Source: Betaproteobacteria bacterium (GTDB taxonomy: Bacteria > Pseudomonadota > Gammaproteobacteria > Burkholderiales > JAHFQX01). From it: a stretch of DNA of 64,000 nt. The number at the start of each line of letters is the position of its first letter. Position 1 is the stretch's first letter. The translations under genes and the position numbers were made by a program. Shown piece by piece: positions 38,633-49,178 of this stretch. The stretch lies in NCBI GenBank assembly GCA_023259135.1, contig JAHFQX010000009.1, positions 2,519 through 66,518 on the forward strand, in the 5' to 3' direction. The notes under the pieces are model-generated. The model was not told where the DNA came from. It worked only from the letters and a program-made list of their open reading frames with translations, and did not search any database.

Positions 38633-38649
38633 AGATTTAGTCTAAATCT
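38633..38649. promoter_or_regulatory. Perfect 8-1-8 palindrome, candidate repressor operator
   Basis: AGATTTAG-T-CTAAATCT, 13 nt downstream of the -10 hexamer and ~58 nt upstream of the rubrerythrin ATG. Confidence 0.45.
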
Positions 38650-38706
38650 GGGGGCTGGATGCGCTATCCGGCTCCTGTTAATCGTTTTTTCCAAAAAGGA
38701 GAGACC

Positions 38707-39126
38707 ATGCAACTCAAAGGATCGAAAACCCAGGAAAATTTGAAAGCCGCGTTTGCCGGGGAATCCCAAGCCAATCGCCGCTACCTTTATTTTGCCGCCA
38801 AGGCCGACGTGGAAGGACAAAACGATGTGGCGGTGGTTTTCCGTTCGACGGCCGAGGGGGAAACTGGTCATGCCCACGGCCACTTGGAATACTTGGAGTC
38901 TTGCGGAGATCCGGCCACGGACCTGCCTATCGGCCCGACCCGGGACAATCTCAAGGCCGCTATTGCCGGGGAGACTCATGAATATACCGATATGTATCCG
39001 GGCATGGCCAAGGCCGCCCGGCAAGAGGGATTCGACGAGATCGCCGATTGGTTCGAGACCTTGGCCAAGGCCGAGCGCTCCCACGCCAATCGTTTCCAGA
39101 AGGCCCTGGACAGCTTGGCGGATTAA
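38707..39126 (+). CDS. Rubrerythrin-family diiron protein (no rubredoxin domain)
   Basis: RBS AAAGGAGAG. ExxH/E ligand regions [36 protein letters not shown]. Confidence 0.88.
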   Translation: MQLKGSKTQENLKAAFAGESQANRRYLYFAAKADVEGQNDVAVVFRSTAEGETGHAHGHLEYLESCGDPATDLPIGPTRDNLKAAIAGETHEYTDMYPGMAKAARQEGFDEIADWFETLAKAERSHANRFQKALDSLAD

Positions 39127-39165
39127 CTATCCAGCGAAGCGCGGCGCGGGCTCCGGGGCGCCATA

Positions 39166-40494
39166 ATGACACAGCGTGAAGGCAACTTGGAGCCGCCCCA
39201 GCGCCGTCCCGTCCGCTGGCGGGAGGCGGAGTTTTACGACGAGGCTTCCCTGTTGGGGGAATTGCAGCGAGTCTACGACGTATGCCACGGTTGCCGGCGC
39301 TGTTTTAACCTGTGCAATGCTTTCCCGACCTTGTTCGATTTGGTGGATGAGAGCTCCAGCGGCGAGTTGGATGCCGTGCCCAAGGAAAAATATTGGGACG
39401 TGGTGGACCAGTGCTACCTCTGCGACATGTGCTTCATGACCAAATGCCCCTATGTGCCGCCCCATCCTCTGAACGTGGATTTCCCCCATCTCATGCTGCG
39501 GGCCAAGGCGGTCAAGTTCAAGCGGGGCGGGACGAGCTTCCGCGATCGGCTGCTGACCAGCACCGACGCGATGGGCAAGCTTGCCACCATCCCGGTGGTG
39601 GTGCGAATGGTGAACAAGGCCAATAAGACTCCCGTGGCCCGCAAGTTGATGGACAAGGCGCTGGGGGTGCATCGGGACCGGGAGCTTCCCGAGTATGACA
39701 GCGCAAAGTTTCGCAGCACCGCCCGTCTCGAAGAGAGCTTCCCGGTGCGGGATGGTTCCCGGACGCCAGGCAAGGTGGCTATCTTCTCGACCTGCTATGT
39801 GAATTACAACGAGCCCGGCATCGGCCACGACCTCTTGAAGGTTCTGCGCCATAACGAGATTCCGGCAACGCTGGCAGAGTCGGAGGCTTGCTGCGGCATG
39901 CCTAAATTGGAGTTGGGGGACCTGGAGTCGGTCGCCCGGCTTAAGGATGCCAACATTCCGCCTTTGCTGGAGCTGGCTCGCCAAGGCTATGCCATCCTGA
40001 CGCCGGTGCCGTCCTGTACCTTGATGTTTAAGCAGGAACTTCCGCTGTTGTTTCCCGAGGATCCGGCGGTGCAAGCGGTGGCTGCCGCCATGTTCGATCC
40101 TTTCGAGTATCTGCTGCTGCGTCACCGGGACGGTCTGCTGAGGACCGATTTCAAGATTCCTTTGGGTAAAGTGTCCTACCATGTGCCTTGTCACTTGCGG
40201 GTGCAGAACATGGGGCTTAAGACCCGGGAGCTGCTGTCCTTGATTCCCGGGACTGAAGTCAAAACCGTGGAGCGCTGCTCAGGGCACGACGGGACCTGGG
40301 GAGTGAAATCCGAATTCTTCGAGGAATCCATGCGCATCGGCCGGCCGGTGTTCAAGCAAATGGGAGAGGGGGACCCCGATTGGGTGAGTTCCGACTGCCC
40401 TATTGCCGCCCGCCACATTCGGCAGGGCATGGGGCCGGATGCCCCGGCTAAGCAACACCCTTTGTCGCTGCTGGCGCGGGCTTACGGCTTGTGA
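39166..40494 (+). CDS. Fe-S protein with two 4Fe-4S ferredoxin motifs and two CCG (HdrD/GlpC-like) Cys-rich domains
   Basis: CHGCRRCFNLC...CYLCDMCFMTKCP, then STCYVNY...ACCGMP...PSC and a second Cys-rich domain. Confidence 0.82.
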   Translation: MTQREGNLEPPQRRPVRWREAEFYDEASLLGELQRVYDVCHGCRRCFNLCNAFPTLFDLVDESSSGELDAVPKEKYWDVVDQCYLCDMCFMTKCPYVPPHPLNVDFPHLMLRAKAVKFKRGGTSFRDRLLTSTDAMGKLATIPVVVRMVNKANKTPVARKLMDKALGVHRDRELPEYDSAKFRSTARLEESFPVRDGSRTPGKVAIFSTCYVNYNEPGIGHDLLKVLRHNEIPATLAESEACCGMPKLELGDLESVARLKDANIPPLLELARQGYAILTPVPSCTLMFKQELPLLFPEDPAVQAVAAAMFDPFEYLLLRHRDGLLRTDFKIPLGKVSYHVPCHLRVQNMGLKTRELLSLIPGTEVKTVERCSGHDGTWGVKSEFFEESMRIGRPVFKQMGEGDPDWVSSDCPIAARHIRQGMGPDAPAKQHPLSLLARAYGL

Positions 40495-41093
40495 GCGTTG
40501 CCGAACATCCTATGAGCACGATTACCCGCGATCAACTGCTGACTCTGGAGGCTTATGCCAAAGCCAGGCCCGATTTCCGCCGCCGCGTGATGGCTCACAA
40601 ACAGGATCGGAGCGTAGCACTGGGAGAGCACCTTACTCTGTTCTTCGAAGATGAGATGACCATCCGCTATCAGATTCAGGAGATGCTGCGCGCCGAACGG
40701 ATTTTCGAAGAGCAGGGCATCCAGGATGAATTGGACACCTATAATCCGCTGATTCCCGACGGCGGCAATTGGAAGGCCACGATGATGCTGGAATACCCGG
40801 ACGAGGCCGAGCGCAAAGCCATGCTGGGCCGGCTGATCGGCGTGGAGGATCGGGTATGGGTGCGGGTGGCAGGACATCCGCCGGTGTTTGCCAGCGCCGA
40901 CGAAGACCTGGCGCGGGATAATGCCGAAAAGACGTCCTCGGTGCACTTCCTGCGTTTCGAATTGTCCCCCGCCATGATTCAGGAGCTGCGCTCCGGAGCC
41001 GGGCTGGCCATGGGCGTGGATCACCCCGCCTATCAAGCCGAGACGATGGTTGCTTCCAGGGTGCGGGAATCCTTGCTGGTGGATTTGGCGTGA
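40491..41093 (+). CDS. DUF3501-family protein
   Basis: GTG overlaps the upstream stop (GTGA). LTLFFEDEMTIRYQIQEMLRAERIFEEQGIQDELDTYNPLIPDG matches my recollection of DUF3501. An internal ATG at 40512 is an alternative start. Confidence 0.7.
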   Translation: MSVAEHPMSTITRDQLLTLEAYAKARPDFRRRVMAHKQDRSVALGEHLTLFFEDEMTIRYQIQEMLRAERIFEEQGIQDELDTYNPLIPDGGNWKATMMLEYPDEAERKAMLGRLIGVEDRVWVRVAGHPPVFASADEDLARDNAEKTSSVHFLRFELSPAMIQELRSGAGLAMGVDHPAYQAETMVASRVRESLLVDLA

Positions 41094-41596
41094 GGCCGGG
41101 TTTGGCCCTCCTGGCTTTTTTGCTGCTACCGGGGCTGGCAACGGCCCAGCGGGATGAGGCGGAAGGGCCTGCGTGGGCCGAGCAGCAGGCGGAATTCCCC
41201 GCGGCGCCGAAGCCCGAGAATCTCGGTCCCTTCGTCCCGGCCGCTCCCACCGACAACCGTTTCTTCGTGGATAGGACTTCCATCCGGGTGGACGGCGACG
41301 GGGTGGTGCGTTACGTTTTGGTGGTGCAATCCCCGGCGGGGGCTGCTAACGTCAGCTACGAGGGCATGCGTTGCAGCACTGCCGAGCTCAAGGTTTACGC
41401 CTTTGGGCGCAAGGACGGCGGCTGGTCGCCGGCGAGAAATCCGAAATGGATTCCCATTCCCAGGAACGAACCGGCCCGGCAGCACGCCACCCTTTATCTG
41501 GATTTTTTCTGCCCGGATCGGGCTCCGGTCCGCAGCGCCGATGAGGCGGTGGCAGCCCTGCGTCAGGGGGGCCACCCTCGTGCGGATTCCAGGTAA
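41090..41596 (+). CDS. CNP1-like periplasmic protein
   Basis: GTG overlaps the upstream stop. Signal peptide LALLAFLLLPGLATA. FFVDRTSIRVDGDGVVRYVLVVQSPAGAANVSYEGMRC pattern. Confidence 0.65.
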   Translation: MRPGLALLAFLLLPGLATAQRDEAEGPAWAEQQAEFPAAPKPENLGPFVPAAPTDNRFFVDRTSIRVDGDGVVRYVLVVQSPAGAANVSYEGMRCSTAELKVYAFGRKDGGWSPARNPKWIPIPRNEPARQHATLYLDFFCPDRAPVRSADEAVAALRQGGHPRADSR

Positions 41597-41617
41597 CCCG
41601 TCTTGACCGGCTGACCC

Positions 41618-43896
<2,279 letters not shown>

Positions 43897-44154
43897 CTAC
43901 GCCGGAATGACGCTGACGGTCTTGTGCCGCTCTGGGCCTTTTACCGAAAACTCTACCTTGCCATCCGCCATGGCAAACAGGGTGTGGTCCCGACCGAGGC
44001 CCACATTGCTGCCCGGATGCATTTGGGTACCCCGCTGCCGTACCAGGATGCTGCCGGCGGAAACAACCTGCCCGCCGAAGCGCTTGACGCCGAGACGTTT
44101 CGAGTGAGAGTCGCGGCCGTTTCTCGAGCTGCCGCCGGCTTTTTTATGTGCCAT
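43897..44154 (-). CDS. rpmA: 50S ribosomal protein L27
   Basis: [28 protein letters not shown]. Confidence 0.96.
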   Translation of the reverse strand: MAHKKAGGSSRNGRDSHSKRLGVKRFGGQVVSAGSILVRQRGTQMHPGSNVGLGRDHTLFAMADGKVEFSVKGPERHKTVSVIPA

Positions 44155-44174
44155 ATTTGAACCCCTCGCTACGC

Positions 44175-44486
44175 TTAACCGACGATACCGTCGATGCGGA
44201 TCTCGGTGTAGCTTTGCCGATGCCCTTGGGTTTTGCGGTAGTGCTTGCGGCGCCGCATCTTGAAAATCCGCACCTTGTCGCCTTTGCCGTGACTCAGCAC
44301 GGTGGCTTTGACGCTGGCTCCCGCCAGCATCGGAGCTCCCAGGGAGATTTTTTCGCCCTCCGCCACCGCCAGCACTTGGTCGAGCACCACCTCGGTTCCC
44401 ACCGGCTGCGGAAGCAGCTCGATCTTCAGTTTGTCCCCGGCGGATACCCGATATTGCTTGCCGCCGGTTTTGATTACCGCATACAT
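44175..44486 (-). CDS. rplU: 50S ribosomal protein L21
   Basis: [20 protein letters not shown]. The start is derived from the track frame; my hand indexing differs by 1 nt. Confidence 0.94.
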   Translation of the reverse strand: MYAVIKTGGKQYRVSAGDKLKIELLPQPVGTEVVLDQVLAVAEGEKISLGAPMLAGASVKATVLSHGKGDKVRIFKMRRRKHYRKTQGHRQSYTEIRIDGIVG

Positions 44487-44708
44487 GGTCGGTCCCGTAA
44501 CCTGCCTCGTGGAAAGGGAGCGGATTGTATAGCGATCTTGCCGGCAAGTCAAAACGTCGGCCCCTACCATTTCATTTTACCGAGAGAGCGAATCGCTGAA
44601 AGCCATATGTGACAAGGAATTTCGAGCGGCAAAACGTGGCGTCGGTTTGAACGGAAAAATGGAATTCCGGGAAAATTCCGGGGGTAGCGCACATGGGCAG
44701 AAGCGCGG

Positions 44709-44906
44709 TTACTTCCAACTGAGATTTAGCTTGCGATGCGAAGCGGCACATTCGCGCAAATACAGGTTGATGAGACTTTGGTAAAGAATCCCAACCTGTT
44801 CGGAAATGGACTTGAAATAGCGAATAGACTCCTCGTCCAGACGTATAGTGATCTGCTTCTTCAACTGCGAGGCATAGGGATTCTTCCGGGCGGATCGCCT
44901 TCCCAC
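44709..44906 (-). CDS. BrnA/DUF4415-like ribbon-helix-helix antitoxin remnant (N-terminally truncated?)
   Basis: NPYASQLKKQITIRLDEESIRYFKSISEQVGILYQSLINLYLRECAASHRKLNLSW. The GTG start lies inside direct repeat A. Upstream, the same frame carries a stop. Confidence 0.5.
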   Translation of the reverse strand: MGRRSARKNPYASQLKKQITIRLDEESIRYFKSISEQVGILYQSLINLYLRECAASHRKLNLSWK

Positions 44907-45079
44907 ACTGAAAATGCAGTGGCTTTGTGATCCGCCGCAACTCGCCTACCGTTGCGGGGGCAGCGCCGGGTTTGCGTTCTCCTGCTCGGAGACGCGCACC
45001 GGCTTCCCATTTCATCCCTCGGGCGAATGCCGTCGGGACACCTGAAGCGTTTGCAGTCTAGCCCGCCGGCGCGGATTCC
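44886..45079. repeat. Direct repeat copy A (194-bp core)
   Basis: Identical to 46024-46217 except at 3 positions (44974, 44992, 44994). Weaker similarity extends to 44879-45083. Confidence 0.9.
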
Positions 45080-45096
45080 GCAATAGATGGGCTTGT

Positions 45097-45852
45097 CTAC
45101 CAGCGAAGAGTGATCCCGGCGAGCAGCGCGTAATCGGTGGCGGCCCGATTCAGGCCGAAGTGCACACCGGCATCGAGATCGAGCCACTCGCGGGGAGAAT
45201 AAATCACGGCGGTGACGAGCAGCGCCGGCCACGAGCTTGAGGATTTGTCCCGGTTGGTGTCCATCCCCGCGTCGGCGATGAGCTTCAGCTTGCCGGTGGC
45301 CTGGTATACCGCCGCGGCGGACAAGTGAATGATGTCTTCCCGCTCATCCACCTTGTTGCGGTTCTTGAGATAGCCAGTGTGGAAATGATAGGTCCAGCGT
45401 TCCTCATTCAGGCTCGCCACGAAATCCAGGCCATAGGTCCGGCGTCCCGATCCCAGCCCCCGCGCCGAGTCGCCGTCGGGAAAGTTAAGGGACGGTTTGA
45501 GCGCAAAGCTCACGCTTTCATTCTCATGGAACCGCCACTTCACAAACAGTTGGCCGTCGCCCCTGCCGCTTTCGAGGCTGCTGGTTCCGCCGCCGGTGGT
45601 CTCGTTCCTGAGATGGGCAAGCCCCAGGGCGAAATCGATGTCGTCGGTGACGCCATAGGTCAGGATCGATGCGGCCACTCCGGATCGAGTCTTGATTCCC
45701 TGGGCGCGGTCGTGATGGTCATCGTAAGTCAGTTCGAGCTGGAACTTGCCCCGGCCCTGGGTTCCGCTGTCTTCGGTGATCAGCGGGTGGGCGGCATGTA
45801 CGCAGCCCATAGCCAGAATGCCGGCCGCCGACGCAATTGCGGCTCGTTTCAC
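45097..45852 (-). CDS. Outer-membrane beta-barrel protein (MetA-pathway/transporter-like family)
   Basis: GTG 45852 with RBS GAGGGAG. Signal peptide VKRAAIASAAGILAMGCVHA/AHP. Alternating beta pattern and terminal ...LLAGITLRW. The track ORF extends to 46044, into repeat B. Confidence 0.7.
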   Translation of the reverse strand: MKRAAIASAAGILAMGCVHAAHPLITEDSGTQGRGKFQLELTYDDHHDRAQGIKTRSGVAASILTYGVTDDIDFALGLAHLRNETTGGGTSSLESGRGDGQLFVKWRFHENESVSFALKPSLNFPDGDSARGLGSGRRTYGLDFVASLNEERWTYHFHTGYLKNRNKVDEREDIIHLSAAAVYQATGKLKLIADAGMDTNRDKSSSSWPALLVTAVIYSPREWLDLDAGVHFGLNRAATDYALLAGITLRW

Positions 45853-46023
45853 TGTTTTCTCCCTCGCGTGCACCCGCGCAAAAACCATAGCTGGCGCGAA
45901 GGCAGCGGAGGAAGATACGAACGGAAACAGGAAAAAGCCTGTATGCCGCAACATTGCCCTCCGCAATGCCTTCACAATGGCTTCAGGTCGGTCTCGCGGA
46001 CTCGCGAGCGGTTGATGATTCAA

Positions 46024-46217
46024 CCGGGCGGATCGCCTTCCCACACTGAAAATGCAGTGGCTTTGTGATCCGCCGCAACTCGCCTACCGTTGCGGGGGCA
46101 GCGCCGGGTTTACGTTCTCCTGCTCGGAGGCACGCACCGGCTTCCCATTTCATCCCTCGGGCGAATGCCGTCGGGACACCTGAAGCGTTTGCAGTCTAGC
46201 CCGCCGGCGCGGATTCC
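46024..46217. repeat. Direct repeat copy B (194-bp core)
   Basis: See copy A. The offset between copies is 1138 bp. Confidence 0.9.
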
Positions 46218-46314
46218 TCAACGTTATGTCCGTATGGGCTCTTCCCCGGGGGATTTCTGGTATCCTTAAAAAGCCAGCCGCGCTTGGTTTCGACCCCCGC
46301 TTCCCATTCCCGCC

Positions 46315-47313
46315 ATGTCCTCTGCCCCCATTTCCCAGCTTACCGGCGATGCCTTGTCCTTCATGGCCGTGCTGGGCCGGGAAATGCGGGCGGTGGATGA
46401 GGTGATCCGCAGCCATCTGCATTCCGATGTGGCGCTGATTCGTCAAGTCAGCGAATACATTATTTCCAGCGGTGGCAAGCGGCTGAGGCCGGGGTTGGTG
46501 GTGTTGTCCGCCGGGGCTTTCGGCTACGGTGGCCGGGCCGTGTACGAAATGGCCGCAGCGGTGGAATTTATCCATACCGCCACCCTGCTCCACGACGATG
46601 TCGTCGATGGTTCGGGAATGCGCCGCGGCCAGGCTGCCGCCCACTCCCTATTCGGCAATGCCGCCAGTGTGTTGGTGGGGGATTTTCTCTATTCCCGGGC
46701 ATTCCAGATGATGGTGGCGGTGGGCAACATGAAGGTCTTGGAAGTCCTGGCCGATGCCACTAACACTATTGCCGAGGGCGAAGTGTTGCAGCTTCTGAAC
46801 TGCCGCAATCCGGATGTCGAAGAGGCCGGCTATTTCCAAGTCATTCGCTGCAAAACCGCCAAGCTGTTCGATGCGGCAGGACGCATCGGCGCCATTCTGT
46901 CGGGGGCCGGGAAAATGATGGAGCAGCGCTTGGGGGACTATGGCATGGCTCTTGGAACCGCCTACCAACTGGCTGATGATGTGCTGGACTATTCCGGGGA
47001 TGCGCCGACCATTGGCAAGAACCTGGGAGACGATTTGGCGGAGGGCAAGGTTACCTTGCCCTTGATTCATGCTCTACGCAACGGGACGCCCGCCGAGGCC
47101 GACGTTATCCGGCGAGCGATTCGGGAAGGAGGGGCGGAGGAATTCGAACCCGTGCTCCAAGCCATCCGGAGTACCGGTGCGTTGGATTATGCGCTGGATA
47201 AAGCTCGCACGGCATCTGTCGCGGCATCCGCCGCCGTCGCGGCATTGCCGCATACTCTTTACAAGGATTGTCTGCTAGAATTGGCAACCTTTGCCGCAAC
47301 CCGTAGCTATTAA
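46315..47313 (+). CDS. ispB: Octaprenyl-diphosphate synthase
   Basis: Two Asp-rich motifs, LLHDDVVD and QLADDVLD. 332 aa. Confidence 0.93.
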   Translation: MSSAPISQLTGDALSFMAVLGREMRAVDEVIRSHLHSDVALIRQVSEYIISSGGKRLRPGLVVLSAGAFGYGGRAVYEMAAAVEFIHTATLLHDDVVDGSGMRRGQAAAHSLFGNAASVLVGDFLYSRAFQMMVAVGNMKVLEVLADATNTIAEGEVLQLLNCRNPDVEEAGYFQVIRCKTAKLFDAAGRIGAILSGAGKMMEQRLGDYGMALGTAYQLADDVLDYSGDAPTIGKNLGDDLAEGKVTLPLIHALRNGTPAEADVIRRAIREGGAEEFEPVLQAIRSTGALDYALDKARTASVAASAAVAALPHTLYKDCLLELATFAATRSY

Positions 47314-47392
47314 TAAACGGGATCCGCCGCGCGGGCGGGTTTCCCGCCGTATGTCGATGGCTGGCGGGGAGATCGGTGCGATACGGAAACGA

Positions 47393-47469
<77 letters not shown>

Positions 47470-47588
47470 ATCGAATCCAAGGGCGCAGGATCCACCCCGT
47501 CGCCTGGAGTTCTGATGAGAATCCGGTGGACCTATTCTCGGTTGTCAGACCCTGGATTGCCTGCCATCTGTCGTCTTCGTGTTTTCCG

Positions 47589-49178
47589 ATGAATTCGGCT
47601 CGCCCGTTTTCCGTCCTTGGCCTGTTGTCGTTCGACAGCTATTGGCGCTCTCTGCTGTACTTCAATGTTTACCGGGTCCTGGTGGCGGGTATCTTGCTGG
47701 GCGCCGCGCTGGCTTTTGGCACTTCCTCGTCCTTTGGCTCCTACAGCCTACCCCTATTTGTCTATGTGAGTTCCGGGTATCTCGCCGCCGCGGCGCTGTT
47801 GTTCGTGCCGATCAGCATTCATCGGCCGATCTTCGACGTGCAGCTAACCTTCGGGGTTGCCATGGATGTCGGTTTCGTGGCGATCCTGATGTACGCCAGC
47901 GGCGGGATCGACAGTGGCCTGGGGCTGTTATTGATGCCATCCCTGGTTATTTCCAGCCTGATTACCCGCGGCCGGTTGGCGCTGTTTCACGCGGCTCTGG
48001 CAAGCATTGCCGTGCTATTGGAACAGACTTATCAGGTCCTCCGGCAGGACGTGGGAATCACTCAGCATATCCAGGCGGGTTTGTTGAGCGTTGGTTACTT
48101 CGCGACCGCTTGGCTGGCTTACGCGCTGGCCCAATATGCCGCCGCCAGCGAGGAATTGGCGGCTCAGCGGGAAATCGATTTGGCGAATATGGCCGAAGTC
48201 AGCGAGTTGGTCATCCAAGATATGCAGGACGGGGTGTTGGTGGTGGACGGAGGTGGGGTGGTGCGGCAGCATAATGCTCAGGCCGAGGTGTTGCTAGGGG
48301 GGTTACCTGCCCAAGAGCAGGAGATGCTGTTGCGGAGCTATGCTCCGGCCCTGGCTCGGCGTTTCGAGGAGTGGCGGCGACAGGATAGAGTTTCCGGCGA
48401 GCCGTTACGGGGAGCAAATCCCGGCCGGCTGTTGCAAGCGCGGTTTGTCCCGGTGGGCCAGACCCGGGAGCGGGGAGCAGTGATTTTTCTGGAAGACCTG
48501 ACGCGGGTACAGTCCCAGGCGCAGCAAATGAAGCTGGCGGCGCTCGGGCGCCTGACCGCCAATATTGCCCATGAGGTTCGCAATCCCTTGAGCGCCATTA
48601 CGCATGCCACGGAACTCTTGCAAGAAGAGCCCGCGTTGGCGGAAACTCCCCGTCTGCTTCAGATCATTCGTGACAATGCCGAGCGTTTGGAGCAGATTAT
48701 TCAGGATGTGATGAAGCTCAACCGTCAAGATCGGGCCCACCGGGAATCCTTTGGTTTGGAACAGTATCTCCGGACTTTTGTCGAGCAGTTTGCCGAGATC
48801 GAAGCGATACCCCGGGACACCATATTGCTGCGAGTGACCCCTGATATTCGGATATCCTTCGACCAGAGTCACCTTAATCAAGTTATGTGGAATTTGTGCC
48901 GGAACGCTCTGCGGCATTGCCATAAGCGGGAAGGCAGTATTCGCATTGCCTCCCGGAGCATGCCGAACGGCGCTCAGTTGGATGTGGTGGACGATGGCGA
49001 GGGCATACCTGAAGACCATCGTGGGCAGTTATTCGAGCCATTCTTCACCACCGTCGCCAGCGGCACGGGCTTGGGTCTTTATATCTCCCGGGAACTTTGC
49101 TCGGCCAATGGAGCCGCGTTGGATTATGTGGAAACCCTCACGGGCACACAGTTCACTATCACTTGCAGGAGAGAATAG
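47589..49178 (+). CDS. pilS: Sensor histidine kinase PilS-like (multi-TM + PAS + HisKA + HATPase)
   Basis: Six predicted TM helices. ANIAHEVRNPLSAI H-box. GTGLGLYISRELC. Upstream of the pilR-like gene. The track GTG at 47526 is an alternative start. Confidence 0.78.
   Translation: MNSARPFSVLGLLSFDSYWRSLLYFNVYRVLVAGILLGAALAFGTSSSFGSYSLPLFVYVSSGYLAAAALLFVPISIHRPIFDVQLTFGVAMDVGFVAILMYASGGIDSGLGLLLMPSLVISSLITRGRLALFHAALASIAVLLEQTYQVLRQDVGITQHIQAGLLSVGYFATAWLAYALAQYAAASEELAAQREIDLANMAEVSELVIQDMQDGVLVVDGGGVVRQHNAQAEVLLGGLPAQEQEMLLRSYAPALARRFEEWRRQDRVSGEPLRGANPGRLLQARFVPVGQTRERGAVIFLEDLTRVQSQAQQMKLAALGRLTANIAHEVRNPLSAITHATELLQEEPALAETPRLLQIIRDNAERLEQIIQDVMKLNRQDRAHRESFGLEQYLRTFVEQFAEIEAIPRDTILLRVTPDIRISFDQSHLNQVMWNLCRNALRHCHKREGSIRIASRSMPNGAQLDVVDDGEGIPEDHRGQLFEPFFTTVASGTGLGLYISRELCSANGAALDYVETLTGTQFTITCRRE

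Noticed and set aside
44572-45015. 147-aa ORF (MKWEAGARLRAGERKPG...) as a BrnT-type toxin
   Set aside because: Only the first few residues vaguely recall BrnT. The rest runs through the antitoxin remnant in another frame and lacks the KHG...F..A motif.
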